In this document: positions 12,101 to 17,774 of the stretch, one piece after another
How positions within the stretch are numbered: position 1 is the stretch's first letter
Layout: every line of letters begins with the position of its first letter
Assembly (NCBI GenBank): GCA_038998335.1
Contig: JAVZHQ010000001.1
Span: 594,165 to 658,164 of the forward strand
Source of the DNA: Candidatus Aenigmatarchaeota archaeon
Lineage (GTDB): Archaea > Aenigmatarchaeota > Aenigmatarchaeia > CG10238-14 > SCSR01
Direction: 5' to 3'
DNA length: 64,000 nt
Program-made: the position numbers and the translations under genes
Notes under the pieces: model-generated
Seen by the model: the letters and a program-made list of their open reading frames with translations, nothing else
What the model was told of the DNA's origin: nothing
Database searches by the model: none

Positions 12101-13303
12101 TTTATACTCAGAAGTGTATTCATGCATTGGCTAACTTATGTTATTCTTTTTGTTGTGGTTCCTCTGTTGATAATAGGAATTAAATGGTACGGTGCTTACA
12201 GAGCAGCGAAAGCAGCAAAAGCAAGGTATATTGCACCAGTAGAATTTAAGAAACTGCCTCAGGCAAGTCCTAACTCCATAGAAGTTGGAAAAATTGCCGA
12301 AACTGATGTCAAAGCTTACCTAGATATTTCTCAGTTGTTAATGCATTCTATAGCAGCTGGTGGCACCGGCTCAGGCAAAAGTGTCTCTGCAATGGTTTGT
12401 GCTGAAGAATTACTGAAAAGAAAAGTTCCTGTAATAGTCTTTGATCCTACTGCTCAATGGACAGGATTTATGAAACCTTGCAGGTTCAAAGAAATGCTTG
12501 ACCTCTATCCAAAGTTCGGTCTTAAGCCAACAGATGCAAGAAGCTTCAAAACTAACATAATAGTTGTAGAAGACCCAGAAATGCCCATAGACATAAAGAA
12601 GTACATGAACCCGGGAGAGATTACTGTTTTTGTTATGAATAGGCTGCCTCCTGAGCAGTTAGACAAGTTTGTTAGAAGAAGCATTCAGGCAATATTTGAC
12701 ATGAGACCTCCAGAATCAAAGCAAATTAAATTGTTACTTGTTTATGACGAGGTTCATAGATTATTACCAAAGTATGGAGGAAAGGGAGGTTATGTAGCAA
12801 TAGAAAGAGCTTGCAGAGAGTTTAGAAAGTGGGGAATTGGAGTTTTCTTAATCTCGCAAGTATTACAAGATTTCAAGGGAGCCATAAGAGCTAACATAGC
12901 AAACGAGATTCAGCTAAGAACAAAGTACGAAGGAGATATAGGAAGAGTAAGGTCAAAGTATGGCATAGATTATGCTTCTAGAGTAACGAAGCTAACAGTT
13001 GGTACAGGAATGGTACAGAATCCTGAGTACAATTATGGTAAGCCATGGTTCGTTAGCTTTAGGCCTTTGTTGCATTCGCCTTTTGCTTTGACCGATGAGG
13101 AGCTTAACCTTTACATGAAGCTTACGAAGAAGATTGAAGAGTTGGAGAAGAGAATTGAGAAGCTAAAGGCGAAGAAGGTTGACACTTACGATGTTGAAAT
13201 TGAGCTGAACATAGCTAAGGATAAAGTTAAGACTGCAGCTTTCAAGATGGCCGAAACTTATCTTGAGTCTGTTGAAAAGAGAATAGAAAAAATGGGTGGA
13301 TAA
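2..13303 (+). CDS. Giant cell-surface protein (>=4,433 aa, 5' end outside window) with one C-terminal TM helix and a cytoplasmic HerA/FtsK-superfamily (DUF87-like) P-loop ATPase domain
   Basis: The frame of track ORF 218..13303 stays open back to nt 2; the track start is an internal TTG. The upstream residues (..EAGWSRVFNYSIEVYDQEGDTINCSLF..) continue the repeat unit. The ectodomain is built of repeated beta-rich modules with dense N-x-S/T. It is followed by a Cys-rich knot, a Pro/Gly linker, TM FMHWLTYVILFVVVPLLIIGI, Walker A AAGGTGSGKS, Walker B LLLVYDEVH and REFRKWGIGVFLISQ. Confidence 0.9.
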   Translation: MYSVAENASVSPSEAGWSRVFNYSIEVYDQEGDTINCSLFVSKDNKQTWEYKGSYIIQGTPGIPTQGTCWVALHDFSCEDIDKPEGQEWIVSKAKWFKWKIENGEPSNTYNTSEFQGPNITESQVLISYIVGDNSYVNRSSGINQVVRLAVNVFDLENLSCASNVNVSFWVTHDNSNYQLDIVNQTDSYGNASYYFNPDCSYSTGKQYWIAGVTDSCYMNTNASSNFTVYVIGDLIPIILSPKGEKYLRSNYEDGQLVPFKTFVKDECGLAIVNAQVNFSGIKDSEVKWCSQVTNLGDGNYTCELNTSNFKAQGWNSSVNVSANFYNSNSSLEIFVIWQKGFWVETKPILTTDWWYESRDYLGNLGDGSWGETWYFRVNASDEDYDILEVKLWVNSSQVGGDWAQPLPVYMTNSSVQGKNVTVIFIIPGWPSHSNPGLGFHVFKFNVSEVKDIYNNATKDFVNNTYEIGNGNFTITKDDLLLIHVEGNNTSVHRPGNNYQTLSVKVFDRDKGSDVTSGILSTNVRIWVTNDLASNFTSIPSTFSSGYINTSALQFDPDCSFRVGPQKWKAGVLYTDAYKATNSSDFFINITTDPLKVELLQPLDAKLYLKGIEDVPVKVKVTDECGGVSEANVTIISQQLGAYPPNKDCVEDQSPKGQIFYEGSGIYNCTFRADTTAQEEPAWLYGYTNVSVQAFKAYYNSSEVNFTINSYYLASKPEITLKSLYTDYGTSGWGENWHFPVDIEDKDYNAQLGSTINVYFWLNLTGSWQLFASKTCVPATGNCTNLEFYPVNFTCNRTYSDIGVKGYKVNASDNFGYKDEKEATFTITQDQADIADVKYSKSIIAREFSDSAWFAALFVDTIRGLEITYENVSGRIYITTDNSNYLFNSSLLSQPNGYLNYTFDPNCSFSVGIQKWKINLEDSCYYTATSGDQEFTVVGQLKNFLVEPSYGSIIEIEVGKTANITSSIKGECGENVEGASVTHEARWPDSTFENIVPVEELGSGLYNSTWNLTFKKGGYYGFRINSSKEYYYPNSSLFADWVYLNNTPPLYSNPRVSPGTEGWGSYFNFSIEINDAQQDNVTCTLFTSTDNQQTWVERGSTIVYGGIGLCSINVTFECSDIGEDNWFKWQLDDGTNVFNISAVQGPNITADDVIIYYIYGNETKVNRSDSSIGNIQLLVVGVNDTDRKVPANATVTFYVTKDGNTFLYESNITNSSGIATYYFNPDCNYNPGLQKWYAAVTDYCYSYQRTQNYSIEIYADFVYSPSAYRQGFTTDKTILRSEQNVTLDAGNPNIAEEMTIRDDCGGEIDVDWISMQAIHNLTGETYSCTEIINPAVGIYRCARNTSDMKARWYDVLVSVSKEYFNNKSVRKTQEFFVETKPELRNLTVKSTQGGETGGWGERFYFNVTVTDEDYDFVNVTLYVRRVGSTYWILANKTDLDSPVINRTITLSWVRETCDASHSDPYPHAWEFKFNASDDPNYPLPYEDMYESTIEPANFYLEKDDVSLQLMSGNNVEVWRNGTDSKLLSLKVIDTDLNNLPVGSGVNGSFWVTTNGLIFAGQKISETDEYGNLTYNFPQDLPSGQNKCDFKTGIQKWFAGVYNDACYKDKNSTNYTITIKSLLLPLIYYPSGQGFLRGDNVPVQGFLTDECSYVENATVVFTFIPQAGSPYQCTITDNNGWIEGEGWYNCTKNTAGKPKGWYNLSMSTSKTYYASNSTLKPFAFFLGDKPVLSNPRVDHYTGGWGEQYTFTVTFTDADLNINNVSLWKSYDNVTWYLVEMKQVQGIGIDVSFTHRFTCEDYAKQAPYFYFKFNTTDPFGFTDETASRNMTLERDNVTLTLSLASNSSVRRIGDNFAYLEFRIYDTDYQNYPSNANGTIWVTKDGLNFSVAYECTSSQGYCSALHNPDCDSSVGLQYWKGGIVEKDGFSCYQVINSSVFNFTVYGQLNISIISPEQGKILNRGKTHSFNASVKNDCGEEVNDASINWYNSSWHSLASGYNTSWLVPITYKLGPETIYSNVSRQYYDGNYNFSSVYIYGWSEIDSISPANSSSYAAGTPITITCHVRDSNTSQPIPNYTVSFLKNGESLENASTDSQGYASIVWYTNLEGAGWYNLTCFIESNSTLYYNATLAQMETWIRLSRPLQIDQIIPQYPWVYRNDSFTPYQTNISVHVRDAQIGHASNANISFYNSTHFLFSCLTNSTGWCELIDFNPPDDYTPSPYWIYINATRPGNEDSLTNSTSITVKGILFVNITSPLNESLHPKSEAIDLSATVISENGENSSVLNPTVKWYNETALLAVGLEVTLPQPIVAQQRTGPHQLMAIASKSYYEDGKSNVSIIITGLADVVWISPIGITPYPEEFYPTCLVKDHESGAGISDYEVNFSYKWEPSSEFIFNGSYTTNSSGYASYVFIPTQKGNITFNCSIGPNATQYYSPNIKEAIETIWVKDISLPKIFNFSVIPNSSIEANLNLTYINATIIDNYAVESVWANITLPNGSIVIVPMSNISVPETGFGFFRATYSASYLPPIGGEYNISVYARDYPPESNVNSTFVGNISVWGKISGLVEQLPANIVAYNITQTQGFTFEVSVNFTNLGPATAYSVNLTHAEDPLGSLTYNESRKECGTVYAGQTCSWVFKITVPEKTSPQLIRAYTIATWQNPDKTVEQKLNETSITVSSNPVIEIIPKSINKTTPHDLTTYIGNITTYASGNDEVRDVSISTVGGNLAFDCPLCVLSIIPNSYGLLPAGESFVSDITITVPAGQAPGIYWTKVRASSSNAGYDEMLLNLTIPINTSWIRSPESFGYVLLPLNTSGTIGNITVTNIGNVKIPFEILKSGNGSIFVTAYPSGAKGTTAFDLEKQVSRNVSVDYSVPWNAYQAIYTVNIVIRNVTFANPPERITTIILNVTDVPPTITDIIVEPRVFEIGFENVTIQAKITDNFAVDKAWVNITLPNGSSFVQFMDSFAGSIYNTTYSSLQEGIHLIRICANDTRSLEGCTSPIEVEGSATTRLEIIPNITHILANDITIEYGQSFAVNITLNNTGGSRAFDSNLTIDSGFISSEPSFFDFGTILKWKSKSNITLISIPNGTETGIYYINLTAKWKNLNETYNSSFAQILVNVTPNPKLKVIEENITKIIPPGAKDSVNITLKSIGNKNVTNVEINCTRGIVCQDFNVSFEPKNFTSIPIGETRQVNVSFEVPPNYLAGTHNGTIEIRWDSEFYLELPVFITVPVNITWEHNPKVLSSYVLQDDKGYFGSIDIINTGNSEIELELIKTGEIAPYLNLSETRIVLPYNGIKTIHITYSSPDIQFDKNYTGKIISNITGSLRENATEKTRETFVSMFVSVYKVKIISPTSSNPIIGVVNGNEILAKVNVTANSSFVTQNVSFNVSIFDYERKAEAFVSSAYYNSTEKLWFVRFIAPDLEEARVYNLNITASYNGTRYLVRSDVENDSIVYRDTQAPLIELITPVRIPANSTVRVLVNVTESGGIKNVSGEITYPDNTTQNISFTLISRIKDNYLFEYNLTNTSSLGNYTISAFVCDLSENCNSASKSFEIYPVAIFSGYAKDLEQISEPALRVNFKFYDQGSETIRFDFNSNATDGYYNETIDMKTYDLKISLLEPTFSHQILLYNLTIATDYFNPIVFGNVPNVRTTSSAVKGVYLNTVLRPAYFILKINFSDCVLGLCNVPIHDPNKLGIYKYGGNWTPKVSTAQNTNWVRITNREMDNSDKSVNLTDYTVTVNLSDIRGVYILAEFICGNGECESEAGESTSNCPIDCPAIPPAPQVPIYIPPTIPPIVGGPGGPGGPGAGPAAPPVALVPLEVKTTLIETTLTPGEEKVFSIDVTNNLDTATNVRITVEGPVFQLLTVQKPTFTVAPKSTEVTAVRAYAPPRIAPGIYTGDLVVTAGNIVHRTPVTIVVQQVPEPLLDVSVKILSKAINPGTNLTFEVKLINMGPTAKVEDITVTYTVKPLNEDRIIATSKETLAVETEKTYVRSLEIPSDTPEGRYVLEVNASYWYGIKYAISTDSFEVTVLPLPIFILRSVFMHWLTYVILFVVVPLLIIGIKWYGAYRAAKAAKARYIAPVEFKKLPQASPNSIEVGKIAETDVKAYLDISQLLMHSIAAGGTGSGKSVSAMVCAEELLKRKVPVIVFDPTAQWTGFMKPCRFKEMLDLYPKFGLKPTDARSFKTNIIVVEDPEMPIDIKKYMNPGEITVFVMNRLPPEQLDKFVRRSIQAIFDMRPPESKQIKLLLVYDEVHRLLPKYGGKGGYVAIERACREFRKWGIGVFLISQVLQDFKGAIRANIANEIQLRTKYEGDIGRVRSKYGIDYASRVTKLTVGTGMVQNPEYNYGKPWFVSFRPLLHSPFALTDEELNLYMKLTKKIEELEKRIEKLKAKKVDTYDVEIELNIAKDKVKTAAFKMAETYLESVEKRIEKMGG
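11258..11449 (+). other. Cys-rich knot (CGNGECESEAGESTSNCPIDC) followed by a Pro/Gly-rich linker (PAIPPAPQVPIYIPPTIPPIVGGPGGPGGPGAGPAAPPVA)
   Basis: Read directly from the translation of the giant ORF. The linker separates the repeat-rich ectodomain from two membrane-proximal beta-sandwich-like domains. Confidence 0.7.
12119..12193 (+). other. Single predicted transmembrane helix of the giant protein
   Basis: Hydrophobic stretch FMHWLTYVILFVVVPLLIIGI is followed by the basic KWYGAYRAAKAAKARY (positive-inside). N-x-S/T sequons are abundant before it and absent after it. Confidence 0.75.
12200..13303 (+). other. Cytoplasmic HerA/FtsK-type (DUF87-like) ATPase domain plus C-terminal coiled coil
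   Basis: VGKIAETDVKAYLDISQLLMHSIAAGGTGSGKSVSAMVCAEELL contains Walker A at 12353-12382. KLLLVYDEVHRLLP contains Walker B at 12731-12757. REFRKWGIGVFLISQ resembles the conserved HerA/VirB4-type EGRK-G-hhhhh-SQ motif. The tail LTKKIEELEKRIEKLKAKK is coiled-coil-like. Confidence 0.75.
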
Positions 13304-15004
13304 ATGGCAAAGAAAAAAACCAAGAAAGTAAAAAGAGAGAAAGGTAAGAAGTTGGAGAAAACTGAAAAGAAAGTTGAGAGAAAAGAAAAATTTGAAAGAG
13401 AAAAAATTGAGAAGATTCAGGAAGAAAAAGCTGAGCTTGAAAGTATGCTGGGCTTTTTGGAAGATCAGTACAGAAAGGCAGAAATAAGCGAGAAAAGTTA
13501 CTTGGAAACAAAGCTAAAATACCTTGAAAAACTTGAGAAGATAAACAAATTTTTAGAGAGGATGGGAGTTAGAGCTGAAGTTAAGCCAAGGGAAGAAAAG
13601 GTTGAGGTTAAAACTGAAGAAGTTGAAAAAGAAGTTGAAGTTCCGAAAGAGGAAAAGAAAGAGGAGAAAACTGAAGTTAAAACTTTTGAAACAATAGAAC
13701 CTAAGGCAAGGCTTGGGTTTTTGAGTAAAATTTTTGGGAGAAAGAAAGAACAAAAAGTAGCTAAAAGTGAAGAAGAAACGAAAGCTGAAGAAGCTAAGCT
13801 TGAAGTAGCGATGTCTCCTCCAGTTTCTCCTCCTGCAGAAGAACCTAAAGCTATGGAAACTCCAATAAAGGAAGTTAGGGAAGAAACAAGTGAAAAAATC
13901 TTAAAGAAAATTGAAGCAGAGCAGTTTATGGTTGAAATAGAGAAGTTGAAAGTTATGATAGAAACTATGAGAGAAAGTTTGAGAGTTACTGATGAAAGTA
14001 TAAGAACGATATCTGAAAGTATAGGCGAGCTGAGAAGCATGATTTTAACTGCTGACACAAGCATAAGAGAGACTGCAATAAAACTTGAGAAAATAGAGGA
14101 TGAAGTTTCTGAGGTTAAGCCACAAGAAATTTCTAAGAAGTTTAGGGAAGTTTTAGGTGTAATAGATAAACACCAGCTTGCTCTGGAGAAACTTGAGAGA
14201 AAAACAGAAGATTTAGGAACAAAGATAAACGCGGTTTATGAAATGCTGAAAGGAATTGGAAGTTTGGAAAACATAGGAAGAATTAACAAGGAAATTCAGA
14301 AAAAAGTTGAAGATATAAACGAAGCAGTGAAGTATATAGAAAGAATTGGAGTAAAGACTGAGAAAATATTTGTTGATTTGGGTAAAGGCTTGGAAGATTT
14401 AACTCTTTATAAGGTTAAGCAAGAAGATGTTGAGGAAAGCTTGAAGGAAATAATCAAATCTTTAGATGCTTTGAACGTTAAGTTTGAAGGTTATGTTAGC
14501 AAAAGGGATTTGGAGGAAATTAAGGAAGACATTCTTGTTATGAAAAAGCAGATAGAAGAAATAAACAAAGTCTTGCCAATAGTTCAGGTTAAGCTTCCCG
14601 AAAGTATAATTGAACTGAGAAGAAATAGAGAAGATATTCTTTTGCTTTTGAGCTCTTTGGAAGAAAAGATGAGAGAAGGGAAGATAAGTAAAGAGGAATA
14701 TGAAAGCGTGAAGAGAATAAATGAAAAAAAGTTGAAAGAAATAGAAGAGCTTTTGAAAAAAGAGTGGAAAAGAGTGGAAAAAATCATTAGGGTTGCTGAA
14801 AAAGAAAAACCAGAAGTAAAGTCTGAAGAGAAAAGAAGCGAAGAAGCTGGAGAAGAAACTCCTAAGGAAACTCCAAAAGAAGAAGTTGAGAAAGAAAGCA
14901 AAGTTGAGGGAAAAACTGAAACAAAAGTTGAGGGAAAGGAAGTTAAAGCGAAGGAAGAGGCAACCAAAAAGTTAAGAAAGGAAAAAGTTAAGGAAAAAAC
15001 CTAG
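13304..15004 (+). CDS. KE-rich coiled-coil protein (566 aa), start codon directly abutting the giant gene stop
   Basis: The stop and start abut (..GGA TAA ATG GCA..) and GGGTGGA lies just upstream (SD-like). Heptad-like K/E/L/I composition runs throughout. A short Pro-rich segment (MSPPVSPPAEEP) is present. SHOCT-like motifs: AEISEKSYLETKLKYL and EGKISKEEYESVKRINEKKL. Confidence 0.75.
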   Translation: MAKKKTKKVKREKGKKLEKTEKKVERKEKFEREKIEKIQEEKAELESMLGFLEDQYRKAEISEKSYLETKLKYLEKLEKINKFLERMGVRAEVKPREEKVEVKTEEVEKEVEVPKEEKKEEKTEVKTFETIEPKARLGFLSKIFGRKKEQKVAKSEEETKAEEAKLEVAMSPPVSPPAEEPKAMETPIKEVREETSEKILKKIEAEQFMVEIEKLKVMIETMRESLRVTDESIRTISESIGELRSMILTADTSIRETAIKLEKIEDEVSEVKPQEISKKFREVLGVIDKHQLALEKLERKTEDLGTKINAVYEMLKGIGSLENIGRINKEIQKKVEDINEAVKYIERIGVKTEKIFVDLGKGLEDLTLYKVKQEDVEESLKEIIKSLDALNVKFEGYVSKRDLEEIKEDILVMKKQIEEINKVLPIVQVKLPESIIELRRNREDILLLLSSLEEKMREGKISKEEYESVKRINEKKLKEIEELLKKEWKRVEKIIRVAEKEKPEVKSEEKRSEEAGEETPKETPKEEVEKESKVEGKTETKVEGKEVKAKEEATKKLRKEKVKEKT

Positions 15005-15633
15005 GCAACTTCTAGCTTTATTTTCTCGCTAATCAAATCCAAAATTTTTCTTATATCATCGCTTTTGAAAAGCAAAACAATTTTTTGTTTAATTCTTTCT
15101 TCTGGAATTTCAAACTCTGATAAAAAAACTAGAGTATAGATTTCTTCTTTATAAACTTGACCAAGCTCGAATTCCTCTATTGCTCTAAAAGGGTTAACAG
15201 AAAGAAAAGGTTCTGACAAAACATACTTTGTGTTGAACAATTTTTGGAGAATGTTTATGAAATATCCTGAAAGGATGTTTGCAAGCTCTTTTAAAACAGG
15301 CAAGTTTTCGTCGCTCAAATCCTTAAAATAACCTTTCTCTTTTTTAAGGAAAATGTCGGCCATTCTTAATATATCCTTAAGGGAAGAAGAAAGCAAAATC
15401 ACCCCATTTACAGTGTTCTTAAGCTTGATGAAGAATATCGTAGTTGAAATTTTTTCTGGGTTTAAAAGTTTTGGAACTTCGTTCAAAAGTAAAACCTTTA
15501 AAAAGGAGGAAGAAACTTTAACTTCCTTGTTTATCATTTCCTTTAAAGCTTTTGCCGTAACTTCTGAACAGGATAGCCACATCTTTTTCAAAAGTTTTGA
15601 TTCGATTTTTGGGAGAGATATTTTCTTTGTCAT
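15001..15633 (-). CDS. CheC/CheX-family (CheY-P phosphatase-like) protein
   Basis: Two E-x2-N segments are present (KEMIN; KELANILSGYF...SEP). The second fits E-x2-N-x22-P by hand count. The gene sits directly downstream of a receiver-domain gene on the same strand. Confidence 0.5.
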   Translation of the reverse strand: MTKKISLPKIESKLLKKMWLSCSEVTAKALKEMINKEVKVSSSFLKVLLLNEVPKLLNPEKISTTIFFIKLKNTVNGVILLSSSLKDILRMADIFLKKEKGYFKDLSDENLPVLKELANILSGYFINILQKLFNTKYVLSEPFLSVNPFRAIEEFELGQVYKEEIYTLVFLSEFEIPEERIKQKIVLLFKSDDIRKILDLISEKIKLEVA

Positions 15634-15643
15634 CTTACCATTT

Positions 15644-16015
15644 CTAATCTCCCAAAATTTTTTTTACCCTTCTCACCAAATCCTCGTTGTCAAAAGGTTT
15701 TGTTATAAAATCCAAAACATTCAATTTTTCCATTTCTTCCATCCCAACTTCCGAAAGTCTAACAACTGTAAGAAAAGCTATTTTTAAGTTTTTTGTTTTC
15801 GGGTTTTCCCTTATTTTTTTTGTCGTTTCTTTCCCGGTCATTCCCGGCATCATCATATCCATAAGAATCAAGTCTGGCTTAACCTTTTCCAGTTTTTCTA
15901 GGCATTCTTTTCCACTATAAGCAGGAATTACCTCATATCCTTCTCTTTCAAAAATCGCTTTCACAAGCTCGACCAAATTTTCCTCGTCATCAACTATCAT
16001 TATCTTCTTCTTCAC
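15644..16015 (-). CDS. Single-domain response regulator (CheY-like receiver)
   Basis: MKKKIMIVDDEENLVELV...PDLILMDMMMPGMTGKETTKKIR...KIAFLTV shows the acidic pocket DD, the phospho-acceptor D in LILMD, and the conserved T and K. Confidence 0.9.
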   Translation of the reverse strand: MKKKIMIVDDEENLVELVKAIFEREGYEVIPAYSGKECLEKLEKVKPDLILMDMMMPGMTGKETTKKIRENPKTKNLKIAFLTVVRLSEVGMEEMEKLNVLDFITKPFDNEDLVRRVKKILGD

Positions 16016-16065
16016 TTCAAACCTCCTTAAATATTTATTTTTTTCTCTGATTAATATTTATTTGA

Positions 16066-16749
16066 ATGGTGAGCGAAAAAGTTAATTTGGGTTTTTGCCC
16101 TGTAGAAGTTGGTATAGGAAGTCATATGGTTATGCTCTACGAAGAAGAAGGAGAACTTTTAGACGCTTTATCAAAATTTTTCGTCACAGGATTAAAAAAT
16201 AATGAATTCTGTATTTTTCTCTATCCTAGAGAGGAATTAGCTAAAAAGATAGAAGAAAAAATTGGCTTAGAAAAATCTTTAAAAGAGAAAAGAATGCATT
16301 TCATTTACTACAAAAATTTCTACTTTAAAGGTAATCGTTTTAGCAAAAAAAATGCATACATTTTGATTAAAAATGCATTGGATGAAATTATTGTTAAAGG
16401 TCTAAAGCTCCTGAGAGGAGCTTCTGAGATGTCATGGGTGATTAATACTAACCTTTTTAAAAAAGTTGTGAATTTTGAAAACGAAATAACAGAAAAATTT
16501 TCAGATTCTAAGGTTTTGTTCGTATGTGCGTATCCAGTAAGAAGCCTTTCGACTCCTGACCTGATAGATATAATTCAATCTCATATGATGTTAATCTATA
16601 AGAAGGGAAGAAAGTGGTGTGTTTCTGAAACTGTAGAAAGAAAAATCTTAAAAGGCAAGATAGAAGACTTAGAAAAGTTTTATAAAATTGCAATAAAGAG
16701 AGAGTTAGAGCTAAAGAAACTTAAAGAAAAAATTAAAAAAGCTGGTTGA
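16066..16749 (+). CDS. MEDS-domain-like sensory protein
   Basis: GSHMVMLYEEEGELLDALSKFFVTGLKNNEFCIFLYPRE matches my recollection of the MEDS (DcmR-like) N-terminal signature. The C-terminus is coiled-coil. Confidence 0.5.
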   Translation: MVSEKVNLGFCPVEVGIGSHMVMLYEEEGELLDALSKFFVTGLKNNEFCIFLYPREELAKKIEEKIGLEKSLKEKRMHFIYYKNFYFKGNRFSKKNAYILIKNALDEIIVKGLKLLRGASEMSWVINTNLFKKVVNFENEITEKFSDSKVLFVCAYPVRSLSTPDLIDIIQSHMMLIYKKGRKWCVSETVERKILKGKIEDLEKFYKIAIKRELELKKLKEKIKKAG

Positions 16750-16785
16750 TGCTTGGTATTTATTTAAGGAAGTTAAACTTAAATT

Positions 16786-17166
16786 ATGAGCTTGTACGAA
16801 GATGCTAAGAGAATAATTCTTGACCTTTTTGGTCCAAAGTTTCTAAATGTTCTAGATAGCTTTGAGGATCCAAAAAAGTATCCGATGGAATTCTTGGAAG
16901 AGCTTAAGTATTTTTTAGAAAAAGCCATAGGCAAAGAAGCTGCAGAAGAATATGTCAAACCCCTTTACGAAAAGTATGGAAAAACTAGAAAGATTAAGAA
17001 AATTGCAAAAGAATCTACTTCTTCAAAAGGTCTTTCATTATTTTTCTGTGGTGGAAAAATCCCACTGCTAATAGAATGTAGCTCAAATCCCACCACAAAT
17101 CTATTAAATTACTGCTTGCATAAGTTTCTAGAAACTTCATGTAGTAGATATCCGCTATGCTCATAG
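16786..17166 (+). CDS. Small hypothetical protein (questionable 3' part)
   Basis: The first ~76 aa look protein-like (KE-rich, helical). The last ~50 aa overlap convergently with the membrane-protein gene on the other strand and look like antisense junk. Confidence 0.3.
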   Translation: MSLYEDAKRIILDLFGPKFLNVLDSFEDPKKYPMEFLEELKYFLEKAIGKEAAEEYVKPLYEKYGKTRKIKKIAKESTSSKGLSLFFCGGKIPLLIECSSNPTTNLLNYCLHKFLETSCSRYPLCS

Positions 17167-17773
17167 AAATTATTCCCAAAATTATTAAGAAATATGCTCT
17201 AAAAATTTTTGTTTCGAAGAGATTTACCACTGCAAATGTTGAAGAAATTATCAGTACTATATCACAAACAACATAGCCAACACTGAAAATTTTCTCTGAT
17301 AGTAGAACCTCTGGGTTAAAAACATCTTCTTTGATCAAATAAAAAGTAAAAACAAGTACAAGAATCGAAAAGAAAAGCAGAAAAAGTAGCTTAGGTTTTC
17401 TAATTTTTGTTGAAGAAATTTTTCGAACATACCATAAACCTAATAAGAAAAGGGGATAACCAACTAGCCAAAAAACATCAGCTATTGTACCAACAGGCGA
17501 CTTGATTCCAAAAATTATTTCATAAATTCCCCAAGTAGTTTCACCTAAAAACCAAAAGAATGTCCCAAGGGTTAAAAACAAGAATGCCTTGCCTTGAAGG
17601 CTAGCACTACCGTAAAACTTGTAAGAATAGAGTCCAAAAACAAAAGCTAAAAACGAGAGAAAAATTGGTATAATATCAGAAATTATAAAGAAGTTTTCTC
17701 CTAAAGGCTGATAAACATAGAGAAAGAGAATGAACAAGAATAACAAACCAAAAACTAAGTAAACTTTTCCCAT
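17015..17773 (-). CDS. Polytopic membrane protein (about 8 TM), last gene of the PAS-SBP-HK operon
   Basis: Hydrophobic segments run along the whole 252 aa. Its start lies 2 nt after the histidine kinase stop. Confidence 0.7.
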   Translation of the reverse strand: MGKVYLVFGLLFLFILFLYVYQPLGENFFIISDIIPIFLSFLAFVFGLYSYKFYGSASLQGKAFLFLTLGTFFWFLGETTWGIYEIIFGIKSPVGTIADVFWLVGYPLFLLGLWYVRKISSTKIRKPKLLFLLFFSILVLVFTFYLIKEDVFNPEVLLSEKIFSVGYVVCDIVLIISSTFAVVNLFETKIFRAYFLIILGIISMSIADIYYMKFLETYASSNLIDLWWDLSYILLAVGFFHHRKIMKDLLKK

Positions 17774-17774
17774 A

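Noticed and set aside
13242-14967. Minus-strand ORFs 13242-13511, 13498-14064, 13553-13753 and 14584-14967
   Set aside because: They are antisense to the GAA/AAG-rich coiled-coil gene, and the antisense of a K/E repeat gives open S/F/L-rich frames. No independent support.
15353-16693. Track ORFs 15353-15787 (+), 15687-15920 (+) and 16508-16693 (-)
   Set aside because: They are antisense to well-supported CheC-like, receiver and MEDS genes. The products are low-complexity S/F/I-rich sequence.
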